Of a DNA stretch of 64,000 nucleotides, positions 13,482-29,065 are shown one piece after another. The stretch comes from Octopus vulgaris (lineage: Eukaryota), in the NCBI GenBank assembly GCA_951406725.2, contig OX597816.1, positions 102,424,001 to 102,488,000 on the forward strand. The letters are read 5' to 3'. A program made the position numbers and the translations under genes. Each line of letters opens with the position of its first letter. Positions within the stretch are counted from its first letter, which is position 1. The notes below the pieces were generated by a model that made no database searches, was not told the DNA's origin, and worked only from the letters and a program-made list of their open reading frames with translations.

Positions 13482-14373
13482 TAGAGAGATAGATAGAGAG
13501 AGAGAGATATGTAGTTTTAGCAACAAGAAAACTAATTTTGGTGCGGTGCTCAGCATGGATCTCACCATGAGTGTGTGTATTGAAACAAAATGCGACACCA
13601 GAACGATACGCGTTAGAAAGACTACAAAACGCAAGCACTCCGCAAAAATCTAAAATGCCAAAATATTTGAATGTCGCTCAATTCGATTCGCTATCTGTAT
13701 AAAGGCGGCCTCGGTGTCGGCGTGTGTTCGCTGCGGTTCAAACGACGCCTTTCTACAAGGTGGACTAATCGTTTGTCTAGTTCGCTGCTGCTCTCTCCTA
13801 TCTAATGCAAGCCCATATGAGAGATATGTTTTTTTTTTTAATTAATTATTTTGGGCGATATAAAAAAGGATATATAAAAGAAAAAAGTATATTGTTTTTT
13901 TTTTAGAAGATATAAAAAATAATCTATCAATATAAAAATCCAGAGAAATCACGTAATGATTAAACATTAAAAGAGAATAAAGTCATCACAAAATATTGCG
14001 AACATTCCGTTGCATATTTTTTAAATGTAAATTATCAAGCAAATAATTTGCTTTCCAAATGTTTTATCCAATACATTTTTAAAATTTTCATTTTTTTCCC
14101 CTTGAAATTGCAAACTATATTATTATATTAAATTTATTCCCATTAACCACGGTAATTTTCACAGTTAATATAAAGTTAGTAAGATACTCTTTTGATAATG
14201 TAATGTAGCTCGCTATAGTGTGTAAAGAAAATGAACAACAATTTTTTTTTTAAAAACATCTTTGTCTTTTCCTCCCAAACTTTTCGGACGATACTGTATA
14301 TAATAAATATATAATAAATGTACCCATCGTCAAAACTAGCGAAATATACATGTATCGATAGCTATCTATCGAT

Positions 14374-14464
<91 letters not shown>

Positions 14465-14522
14465 CACTTACTATGTTTGTTTCCTCTATATTTATACACG
14501 TGCAGCTTAACGTACGTACATA

Positions 14523-14556
<34 letters not shown>

Positions 14557-14996
14557 CATATATATAAGAAAGTGAAAGTGAAAGTGTGTGGAGGGATTTA
14601 GTGAAAGAGGAGGGATTTAGCGAGTTAGCTAAAATGATAGCTCAGCTTTTTAATTAAATTTTTAACTCACTAAAGACAATCTTAAACAAATAGTTATTTT
14701 ATTAATAAAAAGTGTGTAAAATAGGGATTGTTAATAAACACTATGTATTCAATTAAGCATAAACCTCTAATTTTATCACACATTTCTCCATGCATGTTAA
14801 GTTATACACGTTATTATTATATTTCTGTTTTAATAAGCCCATTTGTTTCTTCAATTATCTTTATGTTTTAGAGATCCTATTGTCTGCCTTTGCATAACCA
14901 ACTTTATGCAAATGACTTGCAGCATATAATAGCATCAAGTAAAACTGATGAGTTACATGCATCGCTTCTAATGATTATTTGACAACAGAAATATTG

Positions 14997-15032
<36 letters not shown>

Positions 15033-15051
15033 ACACGTATACATATATATA

Positions 15052-15096
<45 letters not shown>

Positions 15097-15237
15097 GCAT
15101 ATAAACATACATGCATACGTACATACATTCACGCGCACACACAGACATGTATACATACGTATATGCATATAAACATACATGCATACGTACATACATACAG
15201 CACACACACACACTCACACGCACACACACACACACAG

Positions 15238-15268
<31 letters not shown>

Positions 15269-15608
15269 GGGGGAACTGCTTTTCTCTTTTGGCATGTAAT
15301 ATTGAAAACATGGCTATGTTCCAATTTAATTGTTTTTATTAGAATTTATCGCATCTTCTTATAAAACCGTTACAGTTTATTTGGAACAATAGAGTTCTTA
15401 ATTTCATTTTTATTACCATCCCCAAACTATCTCAGCCAAATCATTAGGCTAACAAAGTAGTGTTGGCTTCTCTGCTGCTTCTTTAAAAGTGGGCGACGTT
15501 TGTTTCAGGCACGTATTTTGGCTGTTCGAGTCACACACCATAGGACACGTGCTTATCTGGTTTGTGACCAGTCTATGTTGTAGTTGCATTAATATTACTT
15601 TCGTATGA

Positions 15609-15950
15609 GGGCGGTGAGCTGGCAGAATCGTTAGCACGCCGGGCGTAATGCTTAGTAGTATTCCATCTGCCGTTACATTCTGAGTTCAAAATTCCACCGA
15701 GGTCGACTTTGCCTTTCATCCTTTCGGGGTCGATTAAATAAGTACCAGTTATGCACTGGGGTCGATGTAATCGACTTAATCCCTTTGTTTGTCCCTTCTA
15801 TGTGGGCAATAAAGAAATAAATATTACTTTCTTATAAGACGGCGAGCTCGCCGAATCGTTAGCACGTCGGGCAAAATGCATAAGCGGCTTTTCGTCCGCC
15901 TTTATGTTCTCAGTTCAAATTCCACCGCGGGCAATTTTTCCTTTTATTCT
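15609..15950 (+). mobile_element. Two tandem SINE family C copies
   Basis: Full copy 15609-15820 then partial copy from 15841; AATATTACTTTC precedes both. Confidence 0.8.
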
Positions 15951-16139
15951 ATCTTTAAAGTATACAGCATTATAAATCCATTTTATTCGATCGGTTCGCA
16001 CCGGACATTAGAGAACGACTTTATGTTATACCATGTGCTCTTCAAAGATGGCAGGAATGGAAAAAATATCTATGTTACTGTATACTTTGATTAATATATC
16101 CACTTTATGTAAAAATGTACGACACATTTGCATGTCTTA

Positions 16140-16530
16140 TACTAGCTTCAGTCGTCATGCTGGGGCACCGCCTTAAGAGGTTTAGTCGAACAAATTAATC
16201 CCAGGACTTATTTTGTAAACCTGGTAATTATTCTGTAAATCTCTTTTGCCGAAGCACTAAATTATGGAGATACACACAGATCATCAGCGACTGTCAAGTA
16301 GCGGCAGGGCTCTGTGTGTGTGTGAGAATCATAACATTAACAGAAAAAGATACGCACGCGCACGTACGTATACACAGGAGCGCGCGTACATACTGTGGTC
16401 TTTTAGTTTAGGTCTACTAAATCTACTCGCAAGGCCTTGGTCGGCACAAGGCTATTGTAGAGGACACGTAGTGAGACTGAACCCAAGATCATACGGCTGG
16501 AAAGCAGGCTTCTCAACCGCACAACCACGT
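16140..16530 (-). mobile_element. Decayed SINE family A
   Basis: Tail (CATGCTGGGGCACCGCC) and head remnants in the expected order. Confidence 0.65.
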
Positions 16531-16992
16531 CAATATTTTAAAATTTTAGATTTAGTATCAATATCTGTTAATGAAGGATTGTTGTATTCGCTTGAACATT
16601 GTTTGATTCAATATTGTACATTATATATTATAAGCTACTGCCTTTAGCTGTATTCAGCAGTTACACATAACTGGAGAAATGTGGAAAGCCAAGACACCAA
16701 CCAGTACTAGTCAGTCATTTTTATGACTTAAAATTGTTTTAACGCTATTTAAAGTGATCGACTGAAATCACAATGTCGAGCCAACTGACACGGTAAATAG
16801 AAGACGTAATCGCATCAATGGTGTCAGGAATACATCTTTGATGTAAGATATTTACATGTGCTGTTAATAATGGTAAATAAAATAGGAAATGGTATTTCTC
16901 GAGTTTGAACGATACAAAATTTGGATAACTGATGTTATCAGTTTTCCAAATTTCGTTTAACTGAAGTCTAATGGTATCTATCTATCTATCTG

Positions 16993-17063
<71 letters not shown>

Positions 17064-17436
17064 GTCTGTCTGTCTGTCTTCTGTCTGTCTGTCTGCCTGT
17101 CTGTCTGCCTGCCTGCCTGTCTGTCTGCCTGCCTGTTTGTCTCCATGCCTGCCTGTCTGTCTGCATGCCTGCCTGCCTGTCTGTCTGTCAATCAGTTAAT
17201 CTTTCTCTCTTAATAGAGTCACAATCTTTTCTTTAATTAAAAATTTAACATTTTCTTAAATTACAAATGATTAAATTTAAGAAATCACAGCCCCTCCACC
17301 CAGATTAACATATACCTGATCCAAGGAAGTTTTTGTGTTGTTTTCATGGAAGGAATTTTTGATCAGTGTAAATCTACCGTTTTAAAGCTCTTAGTATTTT
17401 TAATGTAAGAAAATCTTTTTTCAAATAATAATAATG

Positions 17437-17471
<35 letters not shown>

Positions 17472-17472
<1 letters not shown>

Positions 17473-18002
17473 CCCTGATGCAGTACCGGGCAGTGGCTCT
17501 ATGCTTCTTATCTTAACTGATTGGAAGTGTTATCATGTATATTGTTTTGTCTTGGTATAAAAGATGGGCTACAGCAAATATTCTGCTCAATAGATTTGCT
17601 TGTCAGTTGTTTGACCATAAAGTTGAGCATGTCCCTTAGTGGCTGACGATATGTGCATCTCTGATCATGAGCAGAAGTAGTGGGGGAGCATCATAGCCAT
17701 GTGTTGAGAGGGATTCTTTGGGGTTTGAATAATTCACCTCTGGAAACATGGGTGGTTCTTTCAACATCCTTGGACAACCCTTATTCAGGGACCGTTTGAG
17801 CGGATGGGTCAACCTGAAGAAAATTCTAACTGGGCCCCACCTGCAAGGTCATGTGCTGTTTATCTTGATATGAGATCACCATGTCGCGCACATATGGTTG
17901 TGATGCATGTTCCCTATATCGGACGAGTAGTCATGATGGGTATATTGGGCTTCGTATATTTTACCCCAGTGTCACTTTGATGGCATGAACTGTCTCTCAC
18001 TC
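17472..18002. mobile_element. 531-bp non-coding insert between two (TAA)n tracts
   Basis: Sharp boundaries against (TAA)n at 17424-17471 and 18003-18050; no ORF recognised; mobility inferred from context. Confidence 0.5.
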
Positions 18003-18050
<48 letters not shown>

Positions 18051-18051
<1 letters not shown>

Positions 18052-18407
18052 GAAATTGAAAAAAATGTGGCATTTCAAGGCGACTACAGTACCAGTAATT
18101 GTAGGATCTCTAGGAATGATAAAAAAGGTACTGAAACCTATTTGAAAATGATTCCAGGCTTACCATCCCTACAGGAAGTGCAAAAAATCGTATTAACTGG
18201 AACGGCTCATGTACTGAGAAGAGCATTATCGCTGTGAAAACAACATCCATCCATGAATTTAGTTATTTATTAATTTTTAAATACATATTTTATCTGTGAA
18301 TTTGCGTATGTAACCTGGGAATGCATACATTGAGCTTCTCTGCCCTAGGTGTATGGAAAACACCCGGCGAGAAACGGAAGAAAATTTGAATAAAGAAGGA
18401 AAAAAAC
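18051..18407 (+). mobile_element. Dong/R4-type LINE, extreme 3' fragment
   Basis: Frameshifted translation ...TTVPVIVGSLGM...SLQEVQKIVLTGTAHVLRRALSL* (stop 18235-18237), homologous to the C-termini ending at 19391 and 21635; (TAA)n on both sides. Confidence 0.85.
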
Positions 18408-19604
<1,197 letters not shown>

Positions 19605-19730
19605 TTTCTACTATAGGTACAAGGCCTGAAATTTTGGGGGAGGGGACTAGTCGATTACATCGACCCCAGTGTTCAACTGGCATTTAATTTAACGATCGCG
19701 AAAAGATGAAAGCAAAAGTCGACTTCAGCG
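19605..19730 (-). mobile_element. SINE family C, 3' fragment
   Basis: Matches the family C core and tail on the minus strand. Confidence 0.65.
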
Positions 19731-21712
19731 AACATCTGGAAAAAAATGGAGTCCTGCCACATGAGCAGAAGGGTTGCAAGCGTAAGTGCAGACATACCAA
19801 GGATTAACTCCTGATAGACAAAACTATACTTAGAGGCTGCAAGAGGAGGAAAAGTAACTTAGCCATATCATGGATCGACTATCGTAAGGCGTACGATATG
19901 ATCCCACATTCTTGGATTATGGAGTGTATGAACCTATTTGGTGTTACATCGAATGTTGAGAGATTGCTTGGAAAAAATATGGCGAATTGGAGGACGAACC
20001 TGACAGCATGCAGAAGAAGTTTAGGGACAGTAGAAATTAGGAGGGGCATATTCCAAGGGGACTGCATGTCCCCACTGATCTTTGTACTGTGCTTGATACC
20101 ACTAACACTGATTCTGAGGAAAGCAAAAGCTGGATATGTATTCAAAAGCTGCCAACAAAAAGTCAACCATTTGTTATTCATGGACAATCTCAAACTTTAT
20201 GGTAAAGATGAAGTCCTAGTCAGTTCCCTCGTTGATACGGTGTATACCTTCAGTGCTGATATCAGAATGGAGTTCGGACTGAGAAAGTGCGGTGTGTTAG
20301 TCTTGAAGAGAGGCAAAATCAGATGTGTGGACGAGCTAACGATAATGTTGGTTGAGGTTAAGAAGCAGATAGAAGAGACGGGCTATAAGTACTTGGGGGA
20401 TTTTGGAAATGGATAAATTGATGTAGAAAGAAATGACAGAAAAATTTAAGGTGGAGTACTTGCGCAGACTGAGACTGATCCTTAAGTGGAAATTAAACGG
20501 ACGGAATAAGCTCGAAGCTATCAACACATGGGCGGTTTCACTCCTTAGATATGGAGCAGGGGTAATGGCATGGACAGTAGACGAACTAAACAGCTCAGCC
20601 AGAAAGACAAGGAAGTTGTTAGCTAGATATGGGTCACTCCACCCAAAAAGTGACACAGACAGACTGTATGTACCAAGAAAAAGAGGGGGGAAAGGACTTA
20701 TTGCATGTGAACACAGTATTAGAGCAGAAGAAAACAACATAGCATGGTATATAAAAAATGCCACGGAACCGCTATTATTATAAGTAAGAAGGTCAGGCTT
20801 GTGTAGGATAAAAGATTGCAAAGATAAAGCACTATACAAGAAATTGAAAACGAATGAAACTGAAAATAGGTGGGTAAAGAAAATAATGCATGGTCAATTT
20901 CATAGGGATGTTGAAGATAAGACAGACAGAGAAAAAAGATGGCTGTGGATAACTAGAAGTGATTTAAAACTGGAAACTGAGGCTCTAATCTGTGCTGCCC
21001 AAGAGCAAGCACTAAGAACAAACTACATAAAATACAGAATAGACAACACAGCAGAAACTGATAAGTGCAGAATCTGTGGACAAAATGGTGAAACCGTATG
21101 GCATATTACCAGTCAATGTACGCCACTAGCCCTGAAGGAATATAAGAGACGCCACGACAATATAGCCAGGCTTGTCCATTGGATACTTTGCAACAAGTAT
21201 GGACTTGACAAAACAAAAAATTGGTACGACCACAAACCTGAAGGCATCGTCGAAAATAGAAATGCAAAGATCCTATGGGATTTTATGATTCAGTGCGACC
21301 ATGAGATAGAGAATGGGAAGCTTCACATAGTCTTAATTGAGAAAGAAAACAAACTCTGCTGGATCATAGACATAGTATGCCCAGCTGACAAGGTATGCGA
21401 TAAGGAAGAAAGAAAAGTCGATAGATACGACAGGTTAGCTTGGGAAGTTAAGCATTTGTGGTCGCTGAAAAAAGTAGCTGTAGTACCAATAATTATCGGA
21501 GCCCTAGGAACAGTGAGCAAAAATCTCGAGAAGTACGTGGAACAAATGGTGGGGAGTGCAATAAGGGTGGAGCACTCTCAGAAAACAGCACTGCTTGGAA
21601 CCGCCCGAATACTCCGGAAAGTGCTCGAAAAATAAGAGGTGTTACCTTAGTTCACTGGTAGTGAATAGCTGACACTGTAATACATCTCCAACGTTAGAAG
21701 CTGTACAAAGGC
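19731..21712 (+). mobile_element. Dong/R4-type LINE, 5'-truncated, RT + CCHC + RLE pseudogene
   Basis: WIDYRKAYDMIPHSW, RGIFQGDCMSP, HLLFMDNLKLY, CRICGQNGETVWHITSQC, RRHD, LLGTARILRKVL; in-frame stops and frameshifts; followed by (TAA)n(CAA)n. Confidence 0.93.
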
Positions 21713-21733
21713 AATAATAATAATAATAATAAT

Positions 21734-21775
<42 letters not shown>

Positions 21776-22375
21776 AATTTCATTTATTTACCACCAAGGC
21801 AACAGTCGAGGGTGGGGTCAATACAAAAATGCACAGTGTGGGGATATACATAGAATGGAATGATATAATAAAATACGCAGAAAATATACATGTTATACAA
21901 TATAAAGAAATGGAGAGAAGTATACATAGTATATATTAGTTAAGAAAAAAGTGATTATGCTGCGATCCTCCTGATACAGGAACAGCTCTAGGGCCAACCG
22001 AGGAAGCACACCATGCAAGTTCTCCTTGAACACCAAGAGCAATTGCCTTACCCAATTCCTGTTCTCCGGTTCACAGGTCTAACCCTTAGAGCGGTGCCAT
22101 CCACTCTTACCATTTCTGTCACTTTCGCCCACTTTTCAATGAATTCACTCGAGAACAACAACCTCTCTCTTTAGCGTCACTTTCCTTTTCAAATGAAATT
22201 TGAAAAAGTTGATGAGGGCTCCACCAAAAAGGAATGCCTCTGTCTTCATACTTTCCAGCTTCGTCTATTAGACAACCTCTTTCGCCATAGCCACCAGACA
22301 AAGGAAAACTTCCTTACCAGCCAGGTTAAAGAAGGGCAGCAGAGCAATTATCACTAGGGACACAGTTGATAGACG
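21776..22375 (-). mobile_element. L1/Tx1-type LINE 3' fragment
   Basis: Minus-strand translation VFLCLVAMAKEVV**TKL...LINFFKFHLKRKV resembles the L1/Tx1 ORF2 C-terminus; pyrimidine-rich 3' UTR ends in AATAAA near 21785. Confidence 0.6.
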
Positions 22376-22988
22376 TATCCATCCCACAGTGAGCACCTAA
22401 CGGGATTTATATTTAATAGACATCAGCACTTATCAGCAAATATTTTATTTGCTAATTTCTATGAACAAGAGTCTGTATTCTTGTTAGATTCATCGCTATA
22501 GGATAGCTTTGACTGGCAGGACATACAATAAGGTGTCACACTGGTGATTCGTATGTGTTATGAACACACACCACGTATGTTCAATATATGACATTACTTT
22601 TGTTATCAACATTCCAAGGATAAAGTTTTGTATCTTTGTTAGAAACCACCCTCTTCCTTACAGGAAGAATTCAAATAATTAACAATTGAAGTGGATTTAT
22701 ATACGCACATGCCTACCTGGATTCATGCACACACGCGCACACACAGGCACACACACACATACACACACAGAAACACGCGCATACATACATACATACATAC
22801 ATACATACATACATACCTACATACACACATATATACATATATATGTATTACATACATACGTACACACACAGACACACACACACACATGTGTGTATATTAT
22901 TGTGGCTGGGGAAAGTCATTCTCTTTTAGTGCCTTAATTACTTAACACACTCACCGGTTCGATTTCCACTCCTAGTACGTACACATTA

Positions 22989-23019
<31 letters not shown>

Positions 23020-23479
23020 CATACAAACACGCACATGTATATGCGTGTATGTATATTTGTGTATACAAACACTTCTGTCGTTCATTATATATTTATTTTT
23101 CCACTACCGACCTTGCTTTTTCGTTTTATATATATTTCCCGTTCTCCTTATAACTTGTCCTTTTTTCGTTCGGTCTTGAGATGCCTTTTTTTTTTTTTTT
23201 TTTTTAGTACTTACCTTAGTCTATCCTTTATGCTCGCTCATTTATGCCTAAGCAGTTTTTGCTGCTGAGTCGTCAAACTGAACAATATTATCGATAAGGC
23301 GTCGAAATCGTGAAAAGTCTTGGTCGATAACTGATGAGGAGGGGCGTGTCCACGTCCTTTGTGTGTTTTCCGTATGTTCCTTCGTCGTTCTTCTGTGCAA
23401 TATTTTGATATTATACACGCAAAAACACATTCATATATATTTATGCGCGCGAACACCGATTAATTAAGAAATTTGTTTC

Positions 23480-23810
23480 TGTACCACTAGGTCCTGTGTT
23501 CACTCCCACTGAATTAACATCTTAAACAAGTGTCATTTTCTCTAGGTTTGGGTCGACCCATAATTTTGTGAGTGAAATTGCGTGGCCTGGAACTGTAGAA
23601 AAACCAATCGGATGGACTTTACCTGAATTTCAAAGGTCCACCCTCGTTACGAACTGTGTCAAACTGATACTGTTTGAGAATTTCTTTAAGGTTATACGTA
23701 TCTGCGGGCACTCAGCTACCCAATTCAAGAGCGGATAACTCAGTTGATCGAACAGCTGAATACTCATCGAACAGCAGAACACTCATCGTAGAAACCGACG
23801 AAGGATCATC
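23480..23810 (+). mobile_element. Old SINE: family A-like head joined to tail X
   Basis: Head remnants followed by CCTGAATTTCAAAGG...GCACTCAGCTAC...GTTGATCGAAC, matching tail X of 40236-40426. Confidence 0.55.
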
Positions 23811-24555
23811 ATGCACATGCGCACGCGCATATAAATATGTATGTGTGTATGCATGCATATGCACGTGTGCATGTGTGTGCGTCCTGTGTCGTGCATGTTT
23901 GTAAGTAGCCGACAAAAATGAACGACAAAGAAAATAATAAATAAATAAATAAATAAATGAAAGTAGTTGCAAATTGCTTTGTTCCTATCTACAATACAAA
24001 CTTTATTCAATATCGAAAATATCAATTCTAAAAATTTTTAAATCCCAAATCCTAGAATTGTTCAAAGAACACACACAAAAAAGACTTAAATAATAACCTG
24101 AATATTAGAGAACGCTTGAGAAACTAGCAATACATTATGAATATGCATATATGACTAATGCGTAGCTTGAACTCTTATTTCTCTCATTGTTGTCATTGCT
24201 ATTATTGTTGTATTTGCAAGAAAAAAAAAAACAAAAAAACGCTAACTAGTAGGCGAATAAGCAAACAAAGACTTAAAAATAAAGACATGTAATGCAAAGC
24301 GAAGCAAAACAGTCCAAAGAAAGGATGTGGGGGAGAACAGAATGAAAATGGCGGCTTAGAAATATGAAAGTAGTTCTGACCGACACAGACGGTACAAAGA
24401 CTGCTGGCTTGTTTGTTCTAATGTTTGGACTCACATTTGTTTAACGTTCTATGCGCATTAGAACATTCTCATATGCGTCACTGAACATCGATAATAAATA
24501 TATTTCATATATATGTATGAATATATATATATGAATATATATATATATATATATA

Positions 24556-24616
<61 letters not shown>

Positions 24617-24927
24617 GTGTGTGTGTATACATACATACATACATACATACACACGTACTGTATGTTATATTAAATATATTATATATACGTACGCGTAAAT
24701 TATAATTGTATGTATGCATGAAATGAATATGTATGAACATATATGTGTATGCATTGTGTATATATGTGCGTATAACTGCCATGACCAGGATTGTCTGTCT
24801 GTCTTTCTGTCTGTCTGTCTCTGTCTCTGTCTCTCTCTGTCTCTGTCTCTCTGTCTCTCTCTCTCTCTCTCTATCTATCTATTTATCTATGTATGTATGT
24901 ATGTATGTATGTATGTATGTATGTATG

Positions 24928-24996
<69 letters not shown>

Positions 24997-26276
24997 CTAT
25001 GTAGTGGGACTGTTTAATGCGAGTGTGCTTGTGAAGTGTAACAGAGCCAAAGTACACCTGCACGTATATAAACGTTTGAGACAAACTGGCAAAATTCACC
25101 CTTGTAAGATAGTCTCGCACAGATATAGAAACATACACACTCACCCTCACACACACATACACACACATACACATACATGTGCGCATACACACATACACGT
25201 AGACTCTCTCGTTCTCACACGCACGCACACACATATTTAACTGCATATATTTACATACGCACACATATGCACACACACAAAGGTGGAGAGTAATATGTGA
25301 AACATAACTAGCACAAGTGCACATTCAAATATGCAGATTTGCACTTGCTCACCCGACATATTTATATGGTTTGTAATTTACACGCGCGCGGGCGCATATA
25401 CTACGTGTACACACGTATCCGTATACACACACACACACACACACACTCACAATACACATTCTCCTTTCCTGTTTGAATCTCTTCTCCCTTATTTATCTGC
25501 TTCTCAATCTATAATTTCTCCATTCCTCACATTTCTATAACCTTCATTTCTCCCTATCTCTCTTTCTCCCTCTATCTCTCACCCTCTCCTTTCCTCACGC
25601 TGCAATCTATAATGCTTTGATTATTGAATTATATTGTCTGTTCAGAACCACTTTTGAATGGGGAAGCTCGTTTTCTTTTCCAGCCTCTACTTGGAGAAGA
25701 AACGCCGTACATCGTTTGTATTTAACGCCCCTACATCCACCGCTGCCGCCGCCGCCACCGTTCCCCTTTTAATGTCAACCTAGCCACCCACACTAACACC
25801 AGCAATGTCATCGACCAGGATATCAATACTTCCCCACCCGAGTGATTGGAATTGTGGAAGGTGGTTTATGAAAAAGAGGCAAATAGTTGGAATTCCACCA
25901 TAATCCAATATGGCGTCTGTAGAACGCTGAGTGGAAGTAGAACATGTTTCATGTACTTTTATTTTTATCTTTATTCTTATTATTGTTACTGAGACACTGA
26001 CATTACTTTAGTGGAAAGTGCGCATATCACAATTTACAGTGAAATAAATGGCTGCTTAAATCAGGGGGAAATGAGTAAATAGATAGGCATCAAGCGAAGA
26101 GGAGCATTAAAAGCAAGAGAAAGATGGCGGGATTGTAAGGGATAGAAAGAAGAGTTTAAAAGTGAGCGTGAAAGCGTGATAGGGGGAAAGGTAGAGATGA
26201 GTGAACCACAGTTCAAAAGAGAAGAGACTGATAAATACACAAAAAGATATGAGTGAGAGAGAAGAAATAGCTTGAA

Positions 26277-26338
<62 letters not shown>

Positions 26339-26771
26339 CAGTAAGAACGAGAATACACAAGGTAAAGGGGAGTTTAAGCGCGATAGGGAAGCAAAGAGGG
26401 TAAAAAGACACAAAAATATATTTAGGAAAATATATTTAGGAATGTCTGCATACGTGTGAGATTCAATAAGTAATATATATATGTATGTATATGTATATAC
26501 ATTCATACATATATAGAGTGGAGCGTGAAAGAGTGGGAGAGCGAGTGAGAGAGAGAGAGAAAGAGAGAGAAAGAGAGGGAGAGAGAGAGGGAGAGAGAGA
26601 GAAGGAGAGAGAGAGGGGAGAAGAGATAGAGAAAGAGAGAGAGAGAGAAGGATTGTGACACAGAGGATTAGATATGAAAATATAGAAAAGGGTGAATAGA
26701 AACATCGACACAAAGCAAAAAAGGAAAGGTAAAAAAATGAAATAGATAAGGTGAAACATAGAGAAAGAGAG

Positions 26772-26853
<82 letters not shown>

Positions 26854-27080
26854 AGAGGTAGAGAGAGGCAGAGAGAAAGAGGGAAGTGAGTGAGAAAGAG
26901 AGGGAAAGAATGACAGAGAAAAAATGTGGAAGCGAATGAAAGAGGTAAAGGGGGCCAAATTGACCGAGTGGAGATAGAAAGAAAAATTAGAAAGAATGAA
27001 AGGTAAAGAGAAAGGAGAAAGGAAAGAAACCTGAAGTTTCGATTAAGATTTACCATAAATTTGCTTTTCGTTTCCATTTT

Positions 27081-27136
<56 letters not shown>

Positions 27137-27755
27137 TTTTCCTTTCTTTCTTTCTGTCTTTCTTTCTTTCTTTCTTTCTTTCTATTTTCATTTTCCTTTC
27201 TTTCTTTTTTCGTTCCTCCTTCGTTCTTCCTTTCATCTCCTCTTTTCATTTATTTCTATATAAATCTACTATAATTCTGATTATTGAATATGCCAGACAA
27301 TAGCATATCTCTCTGTTGCTGACGTAGATTCATCTAAACAGTTGCCGACACTAAAATGGCGGATAGACATTTGTTGTGAATGTCCTCTAATTGAATTTCA
27401 GTATTGAGTTCAGATAATAAGATAAATCTTTGTGTGTGTACAAGTCTCTTAGTGATTTAGTTCAGGAATATGGCAAAACGCTGTAACTGTAGAGGTAATA
27501 TCTCCAGCACTAAATTCTATGTTTAAAGATCGATTTTTTATTATTAGGAAACGTCTTGCAATGCTACACACTTCCTGTTTACAAACAACATTTAGATAAA
27601 ACTAGCAACAAGTGACTGGCTCTTATAATCTCCAGTAATCTGTCATGGCGATCGAATAACTTTATCATTGCGTTGCACTGTCCCTCCTTTTGAACCAGAG
27701 GATATTTCAGCTTGGTCAGTTGTTGGCCATCTATATAGCCCATGTACACATTATA

Positions 27756-28106
<351 letters not shown>

Positions 28107-28569
28107 AACACACAAAACTACAAAAGTTCAAACTGAATATCAGCTGAACCAACCTCATTAGGACATTTAAAAATTATTGGCACCGCCAATGATTAGCTAA
28201 ATATTTATATTCTGTTATGATGCTTAGTATCTAAATGGTTGGTATTTATCTTGAACCTTTTCAGAACCTTTAAAATAAATAAATAAATATATAAATAATA
28301 AAATGAGAAAAACTAAAACAATAAATAAATAAAAATACCGGCAGAGATTCTAGAGAAGACAATACAAGTACTTTGAGTAAGTTAGAGGTTCACGGCTGAC
28401 TAATTCAAAAGTGATGATCCGTTGTAATGGCGAGAGAAGATATAAAGATAGGATATAATATAAAGACTGCCTCGTGTTGGTGTATTAATTTCTGCTAATC
28501 AGCTGGAAAGAAGGATTTTTTTTAATACCAAGTAATCAAGTTTATATGTACATGGTGGTAGGTGCATTG

Positions 28570-28668
<99 letters not shown>

Positions 28669-28984
28669 TATATACATACGTATATGTACATACTTACATC
28701 AATGCGCATATATATATATATGCATATGTGGGAATAGAACGCCACAAAACGTCGCGAACACGTCTCCCTTGATCCAACTACAACGGAGAGGAAGAAAGAA
28801 ACAGAAGTTAGGTGAAGAAAGAAAGACGGCCAGTGGTCACGTGGAAGCCACGTGAGTAAGGGAGGAAGAGTGATGGAGAGAGAGTGACAGACAGAGAACC
28901 GTGAAGCGGAAAGGAAAAAATTTGGAGATAGGATAAGTGAGAAAAAACAGGAGGGTGAGAAGGGGAGGTAGAATAATATATGTG

Positions 28985-29060
<76 letters not shown>

Positions 29061-29065
29061 CCGAT

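Noticed and set aside
23300-23345. GAAA...GTC...CTGATGA arrangement resembling a type II hammerhead
   Set aside because: Stems II and III pair at only 1-2 positions.
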